A stretch of DNA of 44,744 bases from Octopus bimaculoides (taxonomy: Eukaryota), in the NCBI RefSeq assembly GCF_001194135.2, contig NC_068990.1, positions 35,610,077 through 35,654,820 of the forward strand, written 5' to 3'. Below are positions 24,764 to 35,091 of the stretch, piece by piece. The notes below the pieces were generated by a model. It was not told where the DNA came from. It saw only the letters and a program-made list of their open reading frames with translations, and searched no databases. The position numbers and the translations under genes are program-made. Each line of letters starts with the position of its first letter. Position 1 is the stretch's first letter.

Positions 24764-26783
24764 GATGTATATATATATATATATATATNNNNNNNNNNNN
24801 NNNNNNNNNNNNNNNNNNNNNNNNNNNNNNNNNNNNNNNNNNNNNNNNNNNNNNNNNNNNNNNNNNNNNNNNNNNNNNNNNNNNNNNNNNNNNNNNNNNN
24901 NNNNNNNNNNNNNNNNNNNNNNNNNNNNNNNNNNNNNNNNNNNNNNNNNNNNNNNNNNNNNNNNNNNNNNNNNNNNNNNNNNNNNNNNNNNNNNNNNNNN
25001 NNNNNNNNNNNNNNNNNNNNNNNNNNNNNNNNNNNNNNNNNNNNNNNNNATATATATGCCTATATACATGCATGTGTGTATGTATTTATGCATACATAGA
25101 AATACATGAAGAAATATACATGCATACATACATACATACATACATGCATGCATACCATATATATACATGTGTTGTGTGTGTGCGCGCTCGGGCGTGCACG
25201 TGAGTTTATCCTTTTTCTGGTTACATGTACGTCATTTCCTTTCCCTTGTGATTTTTGTATGTGAAGTATTTTCATTGTGTACAGCAATTTGCGTTATTGT
25301 TTATGGCAGTATTTAATCGAACTTAACGGACTATATCTGAAAATAATGCTATCATTTATGATAAATTATTTTTTCGTCATCAACTCTCTAGCAATTCACT
25401 GCATTATTTATTCACTTTGGTTTACTCGGAGAAGAAGAATTATTAAATAATTCAGACGAGGATATAGGTAATATCATATAAAGAAAAATGAAATACGTAT
25501 AACATTAGAAAAAAAAAAAAAAAAAAAAAANNNNNNNNNNNNNNNNNNNNNNNNNNNNNNNNNNNNNNNNNNNNNNNNNNNNNNNNNNNNNNNNNNNNNN
25601 NNNNNNNNNNNNNNNNNNNNNNNNNNNNNNNNATATATATATATATACATACATACATATATGCACATAGATAGATAGTTAGATACAGAGATACATATCG
25701 ATATGAAGAATAATATGAATGCCAAGAAACAAATATTTGCTATTTCGATATTATTTGGCTGAGAGCAATTTCCATTAATACCAATACATCTGGGCATGGT
25801 CTTAAAAGCAGTTCGCTCGCCAAGATGTTATTTACCTGACATTGACTGCTACGAGGAATTTACCATTTTCCAACATCTCGTTTTATTATTTCATCTATAT
25901 TCATAATAAAAGTCCCTGTATGCCTTGACTTCGATACTTAAAGATACTTTCTTCGTTTAGGCTCTCCTTGTTTATTCGATTCTTTGCGAATTTGTTTTGT
26001 TAGAGCAATTTTCCTGTTTCTTCTCCAACTACTGAGGTAGTGAATTAGACGTATCCAATTACTTCACAAGAACATATCAATATACAACATAATTACTTCA
26101 TAAGGATATACTGTATTCACGGAATACTGTATAAAGGAGAAAATGGGAACGATCTGGGAGCAAGGGAAACCCAAATTAACAAGAGGACATTTCAAGCAAA
26201 TATATTGCATCTATCTATCTATCTATCTATCTATCTATTTATCTATTTATCNNNNNNNNNNNNNNNNNNNNNNNNNNNNNNNNNNNNNNNNNNNNNNNNN
26301 NNNNNNNNNNNNNNNNNNNNNNNNNNNNNNNNNNNNNNNNNNNNNNNNNNNNNNNNNNNNNNNNNNNNNNNNNNNNNNNNNNNNNNNNNNNNNNNNNNNN
26401 NNNNNNNNNNNNNNNNNNNNNNNNNNNNNNNNNNNNNNNNNNNNNNNNNNNNNNNNNNNNNNNNNNNNNNNNNNNNNNNNNNNNNNNNNNNNNNNNNNNN
26501 NNNNNNNNNNNNNNNNNNNNNNNNNNNNNNNNNNNNNNNNNNNNNNNNNNNNNNNNNNNNNNNNNNNNNNNNNNNNNNNNNNNNNNNNNNNNNNNNNNNN
26601 NNNNNNNNNNNNNNNNNNNNNNNNNNNNNNNNNNNNNNNNNNNNNNNNNNNNNNNNNNNNNNNNNNNNNNNNNNNNNNNNNNNNNNNNNNNNNNNNNNNN
26701 NNNNNNNNNNNNNNNNNNNNNNNNNNNNNNNNNNNNNNNNNNNNNNNNNNNNNNNNNNNNNNNNNNNNNNNNNNNNNNNNNNN

Positions 26784-27108
26784 ATCTTGGGCAAGTGCCT
26801 TCTACTATAGCCTCGGGCCGACCAATGCCTTGTGAGTGGATTTGGTAGACGGAAACTGAAAGAAGCCCGTCGTATATGTGTATATATATGTGTATGTGTG
26901 TGTGTGTGTTTGTATGTCTGTGTTTGTCCCCCCCCAACATCGCTTGACAACCGATGCTGGTGTGTTTATGTCCCCGTAACTTAGTGGTTCGGCAAAAGAG
27001 ACCGATAGAATAAGTACTAGGCTTCCAAAGAATAAGTCCTGGGGTCGATTTCTTCGATTAAGGCGGTGCTCCAGCATGGCCGCAGTCAAAAGACTGAAAC
27101 AAGTAAAA
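26784..27108 (+). mobile_element. SINE family A, well-preserved copy (head lost in the gap)
   Basis: TTGGGCAAGTGCCTTCTACTATAGCCTCGGGCCGACC...GAAAGAAGCCCGTCG-(TA/TG)n-...CAGCATGGCCGCAGTCAAAAGACTGAAACAAGTAAAAG, with an (AAAAGTGT)-type tail repeat. Confidence 0.92.
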
Positions 27109-28022
27109 GTGTAAAAGTGTAAAAAGTGTATATATATATATATATATATATGTTAAAATTAATATAGGGTACCAAAAATTATAGAAATTTTTTCAACCGG
27201 TGACCTAGCATATAAAAATTAGTCTACATTTAAACACAAAGAGATGAACCTTAACACGTCACCTTACATATTAGACAGAACAGTCTAATTGATATGTTAA
27301 TGTTTTCGCGTATCCGCTGGTGACAACTCCGGCATGCAAATTATATTATTTGCCAATTAAAGTTCGAAACCTAAGGTCCGGCTTTAAAATATGGTAAATA
27401 TTTTTATTTTTATTCCCTCCGAACTGTGGTTTGGACATTTTGACTGTTCCTTCTAGTATGTGATGGCGACCTGTTAAGGCTCTCCTCTTTGTGTTTAAAT
27501 GTACACTAATTACAGTAAATTGAATTCAGAAATGGTGTTAAAGTAGAGCAATTATTCTTTAAAGTTACGATAGATTAATTATCGATATTATCCAATACCC
27601 AGCATTAAAACAATTTTTAGATACACCCCATTATGTTTATCGGTGATCAATCATATATTCAAATCTTTCATGTAAATACAAACTAAATATATATCAATAA
27701 AATTTTGAAGCAGTCACTTGTTGCGCAAATTTGGCCCCATACTATACTCACAAGTGGAGAAGAGGAAGGATACAGCAACGGGAAGATTTTATAACCCGAA
27801 GGATAAACGTTTGTGAGTAGGCTGGGGCCATCAGTACCAAAACTACTAAAAGAAGTGAAAACAAGTGGATACGATAAACAGAGTGTCACACACTAGCGGT
27901 TTCAAATTTCAGGCGACACTCATACAAAAGCAAGCCCTGCACGCGCACACATGTATACATATCCATACATATTCATACAAACACGCATACCAACAATAAT
28001 ATTCATACATATAAATATACGT

Positions 28023-28256
28023 AAGCGGTGAGCTGGCAGAACGTTAGCACGCCGGGCGAAATGCTTAGCGGTATTTCGTCTGGCGTTACGTCCCGAGTTC
28101 AAATTCCGCCGAGGTCGACTTTGCCTTTCATCCCTTTCGGGGTCGATAAATTAAGTACCAGTTACGCAATGGGGTCGATGTAATCGACTGAATCTCATTG
28201 TTTATCCTTGTTTGTCCCCTCTGTGTTTAGCCCCTTGTGGGCAATAATGAAATAAG
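28023..28256 (+). mobile_element. SINE family D, unit 1 of a tandem dimer (tail variant GTTTGTCCCCTCTGTGTTTAGCCCCTTGTGGG)
   Basis: Head GCGGTGAGCTGGCAGAACGTTAGC...GAGTTCAAATTCC (B box). The central CTTTGCCTTTCATCCCTTTCGGGGTCGATAAATTAAGTACCAG resembles the Meta/MESC SINE domain (recalled). Confidence 0.9.
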
Positions 28257-28440
28257 AAACGTTAGCACGCCGTGGTATTTCGTCTGTCTTTACGTTCTGA
28301 ATTCAAGTTTCGCCGAGGTCGACTTTCCTTTTCATCTCTCGGGATCGATAAATTAAATATCAGCTGCGTACTGGGGTCGATCTAATCGACTTGCCCCCTC
28401 CTAAAAAATGTCGGCCCTTGCGCCTAGAGTAGAAAAGAAT
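28257..28440 (+). mobile_element. SINE family D, unit 2 of a tandem dimer (5'-clipped; tail GCCTAGAGTAGAAAAGAAT)
   Basis: It begins AAACGTTAGCACGCC immediately after unit 1 and lacks about 16 nt of head plus GGCGAAATGCTTAG. Its tail matches 30928 and 40150. Confidence 0.9.
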
Positions 28441-29496
28441 ATTCATACATTTACGCAGAAACATCAAACCATATACAAATATAATATACAGCAGATATAT
28501 GTACACATGCATAAACATATACACACCTAGTCGAAGTCTAAACATACAGATTACTACACACAGACAACCATGTACATTTAACTCTTCTCAACATTTCGAT
28601 ATAAATGTTTATACAAATTTTACGCCCACATATAAATCCACTCAATGAATCTGATAAACACAAAGAATAAAACGGATAAGGGGAACCAAACATTAGAATA
28701 AGGTCACACACAACCATCTCAGTATTGAGTGATAAATATAGATTTACGCTAGCTGGTAATATGTACATATAATTTTCACAGATATACAATGTTATATGTA
28801 TCTTGGATTATAAACGCGTTGATATGGTTAGCCGAATCTAATAACGTTTATAATAGAACATAAAGAAATACATGAGGTTCACCTTTTAGATTAGGTTTGC
28901 TAAGTATAGTAATAGTAGTAATCGTATAGATGACCAATCAATAAACAATTTTGAAGTTTGTAGGAAGACTTCATACCACCGATTTCTGTTCAAAGCTTTA
29001 TTGTTGTATAATACAATTATGTGTGTACATTTATATATANNNNNNNNNNNNNNNNNNNNNNNNNNNNNNNNNNNNNNNNNNNNNNNNNNNNNNNNNNNNN
29101 NNNNNNNNNNNNNNNNNNNNNNNNNNNNNNNNNNNNNNNNNNNNNNNNNNNNNNNNNNNNNNNNNNNNNNNNNNNNNNNNNNNNNNNNNNNNNNNNNNNN
29201 NNNNNNNNNNNNNNNNNNNNNNNNNNNNNNNNNNNNNNNNNNNNNNNNNNNNNNNNNNNNNNNNNNNNNNNNNNNNNNNNNNNNNNNNNNNNNNTTCTCA
29301 ATTCGGAATTATATTAATTATCATATACTTCACAGTTGTGATCCTTGAACATTTAGTAGCTTACATAATAGCCATCCCACTGCTACGTGCGCACTGTAGA
29401 TTCAACTCGATTATCTGTCTGAGTCACTATTTTTATTTCCATATGCATGCATGCACAAGTAAACATGCATACACGCATATACGTGTGTGTGTGTGT

Positions 29497-29532
<36 letters not shown>

Positions 29533-29786
29533 TTGTGTGTGTATGTGTGTGTGTGTGTGTACTTGTGGGTGTATGTATAAATCTAAGATGGAAGGCTCGA
29601 GGTGTAGGAAGAAAGTTAGCTTCAAGCAGTCCGTAGAAAAGATAAAAAGCAACTTTCAGGAACAATAATGGTTTATTAAAGAGGAAGGTTGTGGAGCTTT
29701 TCGCATCGAATTACGATCACCGGAAAAAAATTATCTTATATTTCACGTTCTATTCATGGGCATGGGAATAGAAATGCAAGACTTAA

Positions 29787-30017
29787 GGAATGGGGTAGAT
29801 AATATCCTGGCTACATGTTTCATAGCGAGCAGAACCTCGGAAGTGGTAAATATACAAGCGCGGTGTATGCTTCAGGCTTCTCTTCATACCAAAGGTATCT
29901 TCATTAAATGAAGTTTGCAATGTCGTAAGGAAGCACAAGATACTTTTGGATATTAACCACTTCCGAGGATCTGCTCACTATGAAACATATGAATCCGGCT
30001 ATCATCTACTCCTTTCC
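29787..30017. mobile_element. 231-bp non-autonomous TIR element (MITE), Kolobok-like (TTAA TSD, GG...CC ends)
   Basis: TTAA(29783-86)|GGAATGGGG ... CTCCTTTCC|TTAA(30018-21). The inverted arms are about 71 bp, and the core 29815-29857 pairs with 29946-29988 at 39/43. A second copy of one arm lies at 34320-34394. Confidence 0.75.
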
Positions 30018-30484
30018 TTAACACATGTATGCATCCCTAAAATGGATCCATAGCTCTCATCGCAGTTACGAGCTTGTAACCCTGATAATCCCTTACAGCA
30101 GTTACCGAGCGTACCTATTCGTTTAGATCACTAGTGAACTAAACTCCCATACTTTGTATATATATATAATGTTAATGTACAATATATGGATTTAACTAAT
30201 CTGGTGGTACTCACAACAAAAGTTCTTTAGAGGACCAGGCTACAAACCACATACAAAGGGATATAATGCATAGCCGTATGCAGTTGAAATCCAATAAGTC
30301 AAATTTGTAATCATTATTTCATGAAGAGTATATAAAATATATAGAAAGTCATAATGTATGGGATGAATATATCAGTTTTACCACTTGATATCCATAAAAT
30401 TACAACAGTTTAGCAAACAATATCAAAGAAAATTTATTTATTTCAGTGTATGGAGAAAATATTTTACGTCTCTGTATTTGTGTG

Positions 30485-30754
30485 TATATTGTAAATTATA
30501 TGGTACTATTATGCCATTCATAAAGGTAATAGAAGTAAAGAAGATTTGCTCTTCATATTTTTGAATATCATGGTTATATTCATTCTCAAACTAATATATA
30601 AATATAAAAGTAAAAAAGTGATTTTTTGCTTTTGTATGTATATATTGAGTTGAACATTGATATAACCATGATATTCAATGATATGAAGAGCAAGACCTCT
30701 TTACTTGTATTACCTTTACAAATAGTACAACATTATCATATAATTTACAACATA
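30485..30754. repeat. Long ungapped inverted repeat (hairpin) with a 4-nt loop
   Basis: A single axis (i+j=61239) with loop GTGA at 30618-30621. Core 30521-30617/30622-30718 has 81 Watson-Crick pairs, 6 G-T and 10 mismatches in 97 bp. A perfect 14-bp outer block pairs 30489-30502 with 30737-30750. Overall 108 of 133 positions are Watson-Crick pairs. Confidence 0.95.
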
Positions 30755-30927
30755 TTCACTAATCCAAACAAGGTGAGGGATAAATATCATTTCATGAACA
30801 CATGATTTAAATATATCATAAAAACCATTGGTAGTTATCATTTAGGTCATGCGTTCATTAAATGATGTGCGTGTGTGCATGTGTAATGCATGATCATATA
30901 TCTATTTACTACTGTTATAAAATGGAA

Positions 30928-31145
30928 ATATTCTTTTCTACTCTAGGCAGAAGGCCCGACATTTTGGGGGAGGGGGCAGTCGATTAGATCGACCCCAGTA
31001 CGCAACTGGTCCTTAATTCATCGAACCCGAAGGATGAAAGGCCAAATCGACCTTGTCGGAATTTGAAATCAAAACGTAAAGACAGATGAAATATCGTTAA
31101 GCATTTCTTTCGGCATGCTAGTGTTTCTGCCAGCTCACCACCTTA
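30928..31145 (-). mobile_element. SINE family D, full length
   Basis: The reverse complement of AAGGTGGTGAGCTGGCAGAAAC...TTTCATCCTTCGGGTTCGATGAATTAAG...GCCTAGAGTAGAAAAGAAT is collinear with 39933-40150. Confidence 0.9.
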
Positions 31146-31269
31146 TCAAACAGAAATTTTGCAGTTGGTTATGTAAAAAATTCGAACCAAATTTTTATGA
31201 CGACGTTGGTTCCCAATCACTGTATAGCGTGTATTCAAATTATTATTTGTAGAGATAAACAATTCATTC

Positions 31270-31934
31270 GGATCAATATTTTAAAACGGGGGCGCCAGTT
31301 TTCATTTATGTTTTATGTAGTGTTTTGGTACGGAAAGACTTTCAAACTTCGAATACTTATCTATTTTGTGTTATAGAACAGAAAAATATTTTTGTATTCG
31401 AATTTATTTCATGTAAAAAATTGTCTTATTTCGATAATTTCTACTAATCACTGACGTCTATTCAGTTGAAAACAGTTAGCGCTCTAACGGTGTATATCGT
31501 ATTAATCCCCTAACCCTAACTACACTGTTAACCCTAACCCTAACCCTAACCCTAACCCTAAACCTAACACTAACTCTAGAATCCGAACTCTAAAATTGTT
31601 ACACACATAGATACGCACAGCGTAATTTATTATATAAACAATATATGCGTATAAATTACGATTAAACCGGATGAAATATGTCACAGGGAATAACATTTTT
31701 ATGACCGCCCAGCAGTAACTCTATCCAGCTGAATAGACGTCAGTGATTGGTTGAAATTACAGAAATACGACAACTTTAACATGGAATAACTTGCGAATTC
31801 CTTTTTTTTTTTGTTAAAAAGACTAAGATTAAAAGATGTTTTATATGACACATTCTACCAGTGTCCCAAGTTTCAAAGTGTTTCGTTAGTGTTTCGTTAA
31901 GAAAATACTGGCGCCCCCGTTTTAAAATAGATCC
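31270..31934. mobile_element. 665-bp non-autonomous DNA transposon with GG...CC ends and an 8-bp TSD (Merlin/IS1016-like)
   Basis: TSD ATTCATTC at 31262-31269 and 31935-31942. Ends are GGATC...GATCC. A perfect 23-bp TIR, TATTTTAAAACGGGGGCGCCAGT, lies at 31277-31299/31907-31929. Degenerate arms of about 200 bp end in a perfect 20-bp inner IR (31446-31465/31729-31748). Confidence 0.85.
31508..31578 (+). repeat. Interstitial telomere-type repeat (CCCTAA)n inside the TIR element
   Basis: CCCTAACCCTAAC at 31508-31520, about 5 perfect units at 31529-31560, then variants AACCTA, ACACTA and ACTCTA. Confidence 0.92.
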
Positions 31935-32732
31935 ATTCATTCTTTAGTCACGCTATTTGTTATATCGTATGTCTTATTAGAATCACCTTAGATACAATAT
32001 TGAAGTCATCGTTAAATGTAGCCTATCTATGTTTGATCTTACCTCATAATAAATTAGACAGGCCTCAGCTGTTCAACATGATAGTTAGAATATCTCCGAA
32101 ACGACAGTAGTTGTTTGAGATCTGATTTGTGAGCAAACGCTAGATGAAAATAATCTCGAAACTTTTAATGGTTAAGAAATTACATTGCATAAATAAAGTA
32201 CGAAGTGTACATATTTTCATTTATTCTTGATGAAAGATTAAAAAAACCCCAGCTAAACACGTCTTTATTGAACTCATAAGTACTTACCCGCATACCAAAC
32301 ATACATGTATACTAGGTGTCATTGGAGCGTTGGATGGAAAGCTGAATGTTATTAATACAGCTAGGTTCTAAGTAAAGGTCAGGTAGAAGTAAATGTTAGC
32401 TGTAATCCTTTTTGTATTGATCAAAACGTTTCAAGCGTCCGACAAGATGTCTTGTAGTGGCCTTTTGCAAACGATTACCTTTTCGATTCAAAGAGGAAAA
32501 ATTGCATTAAACATGCCTGCTACATAAATATTTCCACTTTGAATTTGAAGCCTGGGACCTCACATTTGTAAAATTTTCTTCATATATCAGGAAATGTGTG
32601 CAAACGAAAAATTAAAAGGTAGAGTTCTCGGAAACGAAAGATTGCTATATGTGTATACGTACATACATACACATGTATATATAAATATACATGTGTGTAT
32701 GTATATATATGCACTTGTGTATGTAACTATAT

Positions 32733-32787
<55 letters not shown>

Positions 32788-34156
32788 CATGCAGATCACA
32801 CAAACACTCACTCACACACATACATATACATTCATGTTTGTATAAATCAGTATCAAATTAGCATCTTAGCAAAGTTGCCACAAACTGTCTCGAAGAAAAG
32901 TATTGTATGCAATGGAGTTCGAAAAAGATGGAATCAGGATGCGAGGTGTTACGATAAAACTGGAAATCAATCCGTTTTCCGTTCGTCGCTAACAAAAAGA
33001 CACAGCTTGTTTAAAAACTTTTCTACTGAATCAAATATTCGCAAATGATATTAAATGTACAGATGGTATCTACGATTGAACGTCTTTTACTGTTTATAGA
33101 ATTATGTTCACTTTTAGATTTGATTTCTGGTGTAAAAGAAGCATCGACACTTTTCTTTTACGTTTACATTTCCTTTGGAGTATTGGAAATGATTCATCTT
33201 TTCGCTACAACAACTAAACTGACTTTCACAACAACAACTAAAACTCTCTCAAACCTTATTTTGAAAACGTCTAGTAAATTTAGTTCTAGATAAGATAATT
33301 ATTGACAGAGCTATTGCGAAATGAAGAAAACAAAATTAAGAACGTTAAGCAACGGATATTGGTAAATTTAGCAAGCAGTTTAGAGAAAATTTATTTCATC
33401 CTATTCAGCTGAAATTTATCATCAATCACCAGGAAGAAAGTAGTGATCTATTTAAAGAATTTCTTATATTAAAAGATTTTAAAACGATCGAACTTAATGG
33501 TAAAAAGTACATAACTACAACTTAATAGGTAACATTAAACCTACCAATTTAGTGTGCTCTAATCTTGAAATATTTTATTTTTATTTTGATGAATTTTATT
33601 TTGTGTTTTGAAAATGAAATCAGGAGGACATTTAGTGAATAATTTGAATATGTGAATGTGAAAATGTTAAGAAATAAGGAAACGAATTTAAGCTGAAGTA
33701 AATCGGGCATTTGTAGAGGTATTTATGGACAGGATGTTGATTGTGTTAGCAGTATTATAAGTACTCGTAATAGTGATTGTGGTAGTGGATGTAATGATCT
33801 TCGGAGTAGTATACGGTCATAGAGATAAAGCAATGTTAGGGTAGTGGACATGGCAATGACCGTGTGGTAGTGACTATGCTGCAAATATAATGAAGAACAC
33901 AGTTGGGAAAATGGAGACCAAAACTTAGCAGATAAAACTTAGCAGCAGTGGTTATAGTTCCATCAGTACCCGAATCCCTGCATAAATGTTTTTTTATTTA
34001 ATCCATCTTAATATTAGACATACCAAAAGCATCAAACGGAAATTTCATAAGCGGAAACGATGTGTAAGCATTCTGACAGTAAAACCGATACCCTCTGAAA
34101 CCCCAGAAACATCACTGAGTGTGCATCGCGTAACATTCGCAAGATGTATCTTAAAA

Positions 34157-34199
<43 letters not shown>

Positions 34200-34319
34200 T
34201 GTGTGTGCCTGTATCATATCTTCGAGTTAAAATGGCATCCCTTGACGACAATGTAACTTCCATATGAATGACTAAGGTATCTGTGGCCTGATGAGTGGCT
34301 AGTGGATCAATCCATGTTT

Positions 34320-34394
34320 GGGTAATTACTACTTCCGATGTGCTGCTACATACGAAACATATGTAACTTGGATTTTATCTACTCCATTTCCTAA
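34320..34394. repeat. Solo arm of the Kolobok-like MITE family seen at 29787-30017
   Basis: CTACTTCCGATGTGCTGCTACATACGAAACATATGTAACTTGGATTTTATCTACTCCATTTCCTAAA aligns with CCACTTCCGAGGATCTGCTCACTATGAAACATATGAATCCGGCTATCATCTACTCCTTTCCTTAA (29957-30021). Confidence 0.75.
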
Positions 34395-34959
34395 ATTTGT
34401 ATATATACATGTATATATAAGNNNNNNNNNNNNNNNNNNNNNNNNNNNNNNNNNNNNNNNNNNNNNNNNNNNNNNNNNNNNNNNNNNNNNNNNNNNNNNN
34501 NNNNNNNNNNNNNNNNNNNNNNNNNNNNNNNNNNNNNNNNNNNNNNNNNNNNNNNNNNNNNNNNNNNNNNNNNNNNNNNNNNNNNNNNNNNNNNNNNNNN
34601 NNNNNNNNNNNNNNNNNNNNNNNNNNNNNNNNNNNNNNNNNNNNNNNNNNNNNNNNNNNNNNNNNNNNNNNNNNNNNNNNNNNNNNNNNNNNNNNNNNNN
34701 NNNNNNNNNNNNNNNNNNNNNNNNNNNNNNNNNNNNNNNNNNNNNNNNNNNNNNNNNNNNNNNNNNNNNNNNNNNNNNNNNNNNNNNNNNNNNNNNNNNN
34801 NNNNNNNNNNNNNNNNNNNNNNNNNNNNNNNNNNNNNNNNNNNNNNNNNNNNNNNNNNNNNNNNNNNNNNNNNNNNNNNNNNTTTCAGCAATATATGTAA
34901 GGAATCCAGCCCGTCATTCTTTCATTCCTGCAATCCACTCCCAACACTCCATCGTTATA

Positions 34960-35091
34960 TTTTATAAATCCTGAAAAGCCGGAAGACAAAGTTAATTTCG
35001 AAATGATACAATTTTAGAAGGTAGAGATTCGAAACTGATGACTCGAGACATTCAGTTCGGCACAATAAGAATGATACCAGTTCGCCATTTT
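34960..35091 (-). mobile_element. Highly decayed SINE family D
   Basis: GAAGACAAAGTTAATTTCG ... CATTCAGTTCGGCAC ... TACCAGTTCGCCA corresponds to GAAAGGCCAAATCGACC ... CATTTCTTTCGGCATG ... TGCCAGCTCACCA of 30928-31145. Confidence 0.55.

Noticed and set aside
26035-26056. TGAGGTAG let-7-like seed
   Set aside because: Only 8-9 nt match let-7 and there is no pre-miRNA hairpin.
27163-27635. Possible Tc1-like MITE ends (TATAGGGTACCAAAAATT ... AATTTTTAGATACACCCCATTA)
   Set aside because: The inverted match is too short and gapped, with no convincing TSD or internal support.
28808-28855. 48-nt hairpin with a 10-bp closing stem (ATTATAAACG/CGTTTATAAT)
   Set aside because: It has large asymmetric bulges and is too short and AT-rich for a credible pre-miRNA.
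32288-32305. VCLVCG as the start of a nuclear-receptor zinc finger
   Set aside because: I found no downstream exon with HYG...CEGCKxFF motifs on the minus strand.
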